IMG/VR virus record: IMGVR_UViG_3300030109_006161
Span: 45,250 to 109,249 of that record
Length of the DNA: 64,000 bases
Origin: a virus
Reading direction: 5' to 3' (one strand)
Part shown: positions 57,262 through 64,000 of the stretch, one piece after another
How the letters are laid out: each line of letters opens with the position of its first letter
How positions within the stretch are numbered: position 1 is the stretch's first letter
Translations under genes and position numbers: made by a program
Notes under the pieces: generated by a model
What the model was told of the DNA's origin: nothing
Database searches by the model: none
What the model saw: the letters and a program-made list of their open reading frames with translations, nothing else

Positions 57262-58126
57262 TTATAACCTCCATTTGTACGGGATGTACTCGTTCATAAA
57301 TAGTTCCGCCAAAGTTAACTCGGTACAATTCTTTGCCGGCATATGATGAAGTATTACGGGATCTACCAAGTATAATACCATATGGATGGGTAGCAGCGGC
57401 ATGGGTCTCACACCACTGAAAGAAACTAGCGATAAGTTCAGTGTTATTACCTTTATAAAGAAACTTGTCTCGATGTGATAATATATCTGTTAGCTCGTAT
57501 CGCTTGTCATGACAGTTGTTCTCCGAACAGTAAGATAACACCAGACTCTCCATCACAGTTGATAACTTATCCCTATTAGGCATAAAGTAACCCATCCTAG
57601 CAGAGACTAAAGATCCCGTCTTGTAAGGAGACTTTTCAAGAATGTGATTCTCAAACTCCTCAAAGGACGACCACTCTTTCTTGTCACTTTTCATCATTAA
57701 TTTCAAAGCTTTGTCATAACAAAAGACCGAGGAAAAAGCTGTGAATATTTTGTCGTAATTTCTCATAAAAGCATTGTTATTAACATAGACGCTGCTCGGC
57801 AAACAAAGGACATTATTTTCGCCAACCATAAACCTTTTTTTACCTTTAGATATTGTAAAAGACACAATCCTTGTGCCATCACTGGAGTTGCCTTCGTAGC
57901 GCAAACCTTTACACCATATAAAACGACCACCACGAACTAAGGTTTTATTTACCTTTTCTTTACCGACTCCGCTAAGAAAAACAAGACGTAAAGATTTTCT
58001 ATCTACTGATTTGGCGTAGTTATAACGCCGGGTCGCAAAATTCTCATAATAAGGATTGGTTACCTTCCCAAGAGAGGTTCTACGAGCACAGAAATTATCA
58101 GCTAAGTCATACCAATTTGAAGACAT
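57251..58126 (-). CDS. Hypothetical protein
   Basis: ORF track; split SH3-like C-terminal motif. Confidence 0.55.
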   Translation of the reverse strand: MSSNWYDLADNFCARRTSLGKVTNPYYENFATRRYNYAKSVDRKSLRLVFLSGVGKEKVNKTLVRGGRFIWCKGLRYEGNSSDGTRIVSFTISKGKKRFMVGENNVLCLPSSVYVNNNAFMRNYDKIFTAFSSVFCYDKALKLMMKSDKKEWSSFEEFENHILEKSPYKTGSLVSARMGYFMPNRDKLSTVMESLVLSYCSENNCHDKRYELTDILSHRDKFLYKGNNTELIASFFQWCETHAAATHPYGIILGRSRNTSSYAGKELYRVNFGGTIYERVHPVQMEVISEV

Positions 58127-58129
58127 ATA

Positions 58130-58450
58130 TTATTTCAACATCTGTTCTAACTTATGAAAAGACATGGCGATGACAAGCTCTGATGAACGGAAACTATTAC
58201 CATCCACTACAACACGGCAAAACTCAGAGTTCTTCGGAAAGTTAGTGAGCATTGAAATATCACTAGAAGAAGTGAACTCATGATCGTAAACTGCTACAAC
58301 ATATTCTGGGTTTAACAAACACTCTCTGGTCCAATATTCCTTACGGGTATTTATTTTCTTTGATCCGTCAGGTTCCTCTTCGTATTCTTTCACAGTCCTA
58401 AGATATACTTCATTAAGTTTAAGCACGGGATACAACCTCCATAGTATCAA
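58130..58450 (-). CDS. Hypothetical protein
   Basis: ORF track. Confidence 0.5.
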   Translation of the reverse strand: MILWRLYPVLKLNEVYLRTVKEYEEEPDGSKKINTRKEYWTRECLLNPEYVVAVYDHEFTSSSDISMLTNFPKNSEFCRVVVDGNSFRSSELVIAMSFHKLEQMLK

Positions 58451-58643
58451 TTGTTCTCACAAGCCATTCGTTTCCTTTAACGTGGACCTTGTGATAAATA
58501 TCTTCTTTGTTTACTTGTGGCTCGACCATAACTGCTAACGCTGGCTCTTCAAGTTTAATCCATTTCTTGACAGTATAATTATCAATCAACATAATGTCAG
58601 AGGGTAAATAAACTAGGTCACCCTTCTTCAGGTTCGCTTTCAT
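58419..58643 (-). CDS. SH3/KOW-like microprotein
   Basis: LKKGDLVYL...HKVHV. Confidence 0.55.
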   Translation of the reverse strand: MKANLKKGDLVYLPSDIMLIDNYTVKKWIKLEEPALAVMVEPQVNKEDIYHKVHVKGNEWLVRTIDTMEVVSRA

Positions 58644-59058
58644 CGGGGTCGATGTCCTCTCTATCTGAGATTTTTTCAATGAATTTATCAAAGTCGCCCA
58701 TGCTCTTTACTGCACTCTGGACATCTCTCATGTTGCGTACCAACTCCCCCAGTTGAGGATGATTTTCAGTGTCTTCATTAGGCTCGACAGGCAGTGGCAA
58801 CGAGGCGTCCTGAGGCTGGAGAGTCTCAAAACGAGCCCGCTCAAAACCAACTAACATTTGCTGATACTGCTTGAGTTGTGCCGTTGCTTGCTGCACGAGA
58901 TCAAGAGCCTCAGCAACTTCCTCTAGCAGAGTCGCCCTGTCCGCATTAGATAAAATGTTTGCTGCCACTCGCAAAGTGTGTGACTCCTGGATCACCAAAG
59001 AACCCATTGTCTCTTCTACTTTGTCAAGGTCGATATCAAAACTAATTGTTGCTCGCAT
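58618..59058 (-). CDS. Hypothetical protein
   Basis: SD AAGGAGG. Confidence 0.6.
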   Translation of the reverse strand: MRATISFDIDLDKVEETMGSLVIQESHTLRVAANILSNADRATLLEEVAEALDLVQQATAQLKQYQQMLVGFERARFETLQPQDASLPLPVEPNEDTENHPQLGELVRNMRDVQSAVKSMGDFDKFIEKISDREDIDPDESEPEEG

Positions 59059-59110
59059 ATACGAACCCTCCTTTAATAGGATTATACCCTATTGTTATTT
59101 GTTCTTTAAG

Positions 59111-59746
59111 TTATTTCTTTTTCTTTGCCGCCGCTTTCAAGCAGCGGTCTTGAAGCTTGACTTGCTCGCCATTTACAAGAATGGTTGACGAAGCGTAGAG
59201 ACCCTTGGCGTGGTTAGCCACAACTAGACCCATCTGGTCGTGAAGCTTGGGATTACTGACCAGGTTGAAGTTGGCTCGCACCTTACACAGAGAGCCCACA
59301 GGGAAGGCTGGCGGCTCGGTCGCAGCCTTAATAGCTTTCTGAGCGTACTTGTTTTTAGTAAGGGCATTGAACTGCTTTTCAGTGGGAACAAAGTCCTCAT
59401 CCGTACCAATCTTAAGAGACAAGTCACGGAAGTAAGTCGTCGTAACGTAGTAGTTAGCACAAATAAGAGCGGTGGGGCGGTGCTCTTTCTTGTAGGATTG
59501 AGCCCAGCGTTCTCGTTTGAGTTGTGACTCTGGAGAATAGCGTCGTTCCATACTGTCAATACACTCAATCTGCTTGGGAGACAGCTTACCGCCATCCTCA
59601 AACTGTGCCTTGAGAGATTCCGCAAAGCTGCGATCTTTATCAGAAAGCTTCTTAGCCATCAGTGCTTCAAAACGAACAGTGCCGTTAGGAACCTCAAGAC
59701 GTTCTGTGCGCTGTCGTTTAGGATACATTTGGTGCCAGTAGCTCAT
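59111..59746 (-). CDS. Early hypothetical protein with C-terminal SH3-like domain
   Basis: F.ESL..Q....KLSPKQ N-domain; FPVGSLCKV; own promoter. Confidence 0.65.
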   Translation of the reverse strand: MSYWHQMYPKRQRTERLEVPNGTVRFEALMAKKLSDKDRSFAESLKAQFEDGGKLSPKQIECIDSMERRYSPESQLKRERWAQSYKKEHRPTALICANYYVTTTYFRDLSLKIGTDEDFVPTEKQFNALTKNKYAQKAIKAATEPPAFPVGSLCKVRANFNLVSNPKLHDQMGLVVANHAKGLYASSTILVNGEQVKLQDRCLKAAAKKKK

Positions 59747-59767
59747 ATCTAATCTCCCTGCATATGT

Positions 59768-59795
59768 ATATTACCATAGGTCAGCAGGTCGTCAA
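59768..59795 (-). promoter_or_regulatory. Early-type promoter
   Basis: TTGACG-16-TAATAT plus GCAGGGAGA leader. Confidence 0.8.
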
Positions 59796-59803
59796 GCTTT
59801 TAT

Positions 59804-60163
59804 TTAAACTTTATATTCCCAAATCCATCGCCAGCGTTTACGGCGTTGGGTATAAAACTCTGTGGCTGCCTTATGATAAGCTTCTTGTTCTGCTCGGATG
59901 CTATGATAGGCTATCTTTCCGTGTCTGTATTTTATATATCCCTTTAGGTAATCCCAATAATAAAGGATTATGAATCCAATCAATAAAGTCTCTAGCATCT
60001 GTTGAAAGTGGATGGTCTCGTGACGCTTAGTCTCTTCGCTCATTATCCCTCTACTGAAAACCAAGAAGAAAAGGGTAATGGCTCCAATGTTTATTGGAGC
60101 TAAATAAGAAAGCCACACAGGTATACGACTGTTCTCTATAAAAATAGGCTTCCAATCTCTCAT
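59804..60163 (-). CDS. Small HExxH membrane-associated protein
   Basis: RHETIH..Q, AY..I..EQEAY. Confidence 0.65.
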   Translation of the reverse strand: MRDWKPIFIENSRIPVWLSYLAPINIGAITLFFLVFSRGIMSEETKRHETIHFQQMLETLLIGFIILYYWDYLKGYIKYRHGKIAYHSIRAEQEAYHKAATEFYTQRRKRWRWIWEYKV

Positions 60164-60295
60164 CTTATTCTCCCCAGTCTTCCCACATCCAGCGGGTCTC
60201 GATGTGTCTATTTAGTTTTCTCTCAGTCTCTTTGAGCTTGATGCGATAGTAAACTGTGGGTATAGAAAAAACAATTGCAGTTATTACACAGGCAA

Positions 60296-60754
60296 TCATT
60301 TCATTATCAAGTCCATAAAGTGTTTCAACCACATACCACCAGCAGCCGTAGCGATGAGCCACATCACTCGCTGTATGTTGACTTTCCAGTCCTTGAGTTG
60401 GGCAAATTCAATCTGCATCTTTTCAAACTGTTCTAGGTCTTTGTCGGCTTTCTTTTTCCACACTTGCAATTCTTTTGCAAAATCTAACGCTGGTTTTGAT
60501 TCTTTGACAAACTCAAAACGACGCTGAGACTCTGACTCTAGCTCCTTGACACGACTGAATAGTCCCGAATCAGGCTCATAAAGATTTTGTTTTACTCCCC
60601 GAACTCCATCAAGGATATCATTTTGAGTTTCTTTGATATGCTCTACTTCCAACATTAACTTGTCAAACCCACCGTTCATTGACTGAGCGTTAGATATTTT
60701 ATTTTCAACTTTTTCGACTTTTTCTAAAACAATTTTTAAAATTTCATCGCTCAT
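60296..60754 (-). CDS. Coiled-coil protein with C-terminal TM
   Basis: ORF track; start moved to MSDEIL. Confidence 0.55.
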   Translation of the reverse strand: MSDEILKIVLEKVEKVENKISNAQSMNGGFDKLMLEVEHIKETQNDILDGVRGVKQNLYEPDSGLFSRVKELESESQRRFEFVKESKPALDFAKELQVWKKKADKDLEQFEKMQIEFAQLKDWKVNIQRVMWLIATAAGGMWLKHFMDLIMK

Positions 60755-60770
60755 TAATATTGCTCCAAAC

Positions 60771-60816
60771 AAAAAAAGACCAGGCAATAGATACTCTGGT
60801 CTTTTTAGGATGTAAC
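60771..60816. terminator. Terminator hairpin after groEL (possibly bidirectional)
   Basis: A7-GACCAG...CTGGTC-T5. Confidence 0.7.
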
Positions 60817-60849
60817 CGGCTATTCTAATTAGTCGCTAGACTTGTGTTT

Positions 60850-62627
<1,778 letters not shown>

Positions 62628-63026
62628 ACGTTAAATCTTGTCCTGCAAGTGGATGATTGAGATCGGCAGTGATGGTTGTCTCTTGCATCTCCACAAGACG
62701 AGCGATGACTTGGCGACCATCTGGACCTTGAAGTGGGATTGGCATTCCAGCCTCAAAGGGGAAATCATCTGGGAACATACTTTTCTCTAAAGTTGTCATT
62801 GCTTCTGGGATTGGATCTCCATAAGCGTCTGCCGACTCAATAGTAAAAGTCTTACTATCACCAGCACCCATGCCGGTCAAAGCACTTTCAAAACCTACAA
62901 TGAGATTTCCCTGGCCGGTTGTAACGGTCATTGGTTCGTTGCGCTCAAAGGAACTGTCAAAGGTAGTTCCATCATTTAGTGTCCCCTTGTAATGCAAGGT
63001 CACCGTGCTTCCGTTTTGTACTGTTG

Positions 63027-63821
63027 TCATCTTTTTGTCTCCTTAGTGTTTAAGATGAGTATTTCTTTGGACTTTTTGTCCTTAGACATTCCGTAACTCC
63101 ATTCAGGATATACGATTTCATAATCTTTGTATAGTTCTAAAATAAATGGACTCGGGTTATAGGATAAAATCCAGTTATTCTTTTTCTTCATTACCTCCGC
63201 CAGACCCAGATGGTCGAAGCCTTTATGGGCTGAGCCATTCTTGCCATAGAGAACTGGGTTGTCAATAGCGTAGGGCGGATCAGCATAGATGAAGGCATTG
63301 TCGTGATGACGAGCAAGGCTTTCTTTAAAATCTGCTAGCTCAACACTTAGAGCAGGACATAGGAAATTTCTAAGCCGTTCAATACTGCTTTCGGTAAACC
63401 GCTTGTCCGCTGCTTGTTGCGAGTATCCACCACTCAGAGTTGCCCCGCTAAATGATGAGCGGTTTAAAGCATAATACATACAGGCTCGCATCTCTCGCCA
63501 AAGGTAATGAGTGTTGTCCATGTGAGTCCAAGACTGCTTGGTCTGGTATTCTCTGAATTTTTGCTTATCACAAGGATGGAAAAGAGATTCCAACATATTA
63601 GCTGTGCCGTGCGGGTCGCTTAGTGTTTGTTTCCAAAAGTTGACTAGGGGCTCAAAGATTTCATAACCAAAAACTCTCACACCCTGCGAGGCGTAGTGGA
63701 TCTCAATGGACCCACCACCAAAAAAGGGACTGACAATTTCTGTCAGGTCTTTTGGGAAATAAGGTGTGATATGTTTGAGGGCTCTAGTTTTACCACCGGG
63801 GTATCTTAAGAGTGATTTCAA
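63027..63821 (-). CDS. D12-class N6-adenine DNA methyltransferase (Dam-like)
   Basis: LRYPGGK, PFFGGGS, YADPPY, LSYN. Confidence 0.92.
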   Translation of the reverse strand: MKSLLRYPGGKTRALKHITPYFPKDLTEIVSPFFGGGSIEIHYASQGVRVFGYEIFEPLVNFWKQTLSDPHGTANMLESLFHPCDKQKFREYQTKQSWTHMDNTHYLWREMRACMYYALNRSSFSGATLSGGYSQQAADKRFTESSIERLRNFLCPALSVELADFKESLARHHDNAFIYADPPYAIDNPVLYGKNGSAHKGFDHLGLAEVMKKKNNWILSYNPSPFILELYKDYEIVYPEWSYGMSKDKKSKEILILNTKETKR

Positions 63822-64000
63822 GTTTCCTCACTTTCTTCGGGCTCTACTTCCAGTCCTTCAGGTTCGGCTGGATCGTCTTGTGATTGATTTAATCTTTTTG
63901 CTCTTTCTTCCATCATTGCCAGAATGGACTCGGGATCATCTAGCGTATACGGAGACTGCGCCAATCCAGCGCCGTCCAAACGAGCAGAGGTTCTGAACGG
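63818..64000 (-). CDS. C-terminal part of an acidic protein (partial)
   Basis: Open frame from window end to TGA at 63818. Confidence 0.45.
   Translation of the reverse strand, partial: PFRTSARLDGAGLAQSPYTLDDPESILAMMEERAKRLNQSQDDPAEPEGLEVEPEESEET

Overview
This window looks like 64 kb of a very large (jumbo/huge) tailed bacteriophage genome. It is AT-rich, uses the standard code, has bacterial SD sites and sigma70-type promoters, and is almost entirely coded on the minus strand. In coordinate order it holds: (i) a 12-kb nucleotide-sugar/glycosyltransferase island, including a KRE2/MNT1-like GT15; (ii) a Cas4-like nuclease, a zincin and PIN-PhoH; (iii) a complete tmRNA with tag ANDDFQLAQAA; (iv) probable virion/internal proteins, including a 1081-aa ligase-like + nuclease-like + HxGH nucleotidyltransferase fusion; (v) a plus-strand island with a myxobacterial-type Cys-repeat/VWA lipoprotein; (vi) a repeat-rich fibre protein; (vii) five tRNAs (Ser-AGA, Thr-UGU, Arg-UCU, Ile2-CAU, Val-UAC) with tilS; (viii) a eukaryote-type phosphomannomutase, cysteine synthase and a full yeaH-spoVR-prkA triad; (ix) a PilX-like pilin, a mini-Smr and a tandem array of SH3/KOW-like microproteins; (x) MoxR + VWA-peptidase, two DNA methyltransferases, an HNH-AP2 endonuclease, SLT, ClpP, glutaredoxin, GroEL and an FKBP/SlyD. 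Two promoter classes can be read directly from the DNA: an early-type TTGACN-16-TADTAT promoter with a shared GTAAGGGAGA leader, and a candidate late CTA(A/T/C)TTAT motif. The strongest leads are a phage-encoded ribosome-rescue/proteolysis set (tmRNA + Smr + ClpP), the phage PrkA-YeaH-SpoVR module, a late-promoter-linked family of proteins with shared [ILV]-x-E motifs (including a domain inserted between 14-aa direct repeats), an anti-leader sequence right after the moxR stop codon, and an A34 tRNA-Ser. All family calls come from motif recognition by eye; no database search was run.
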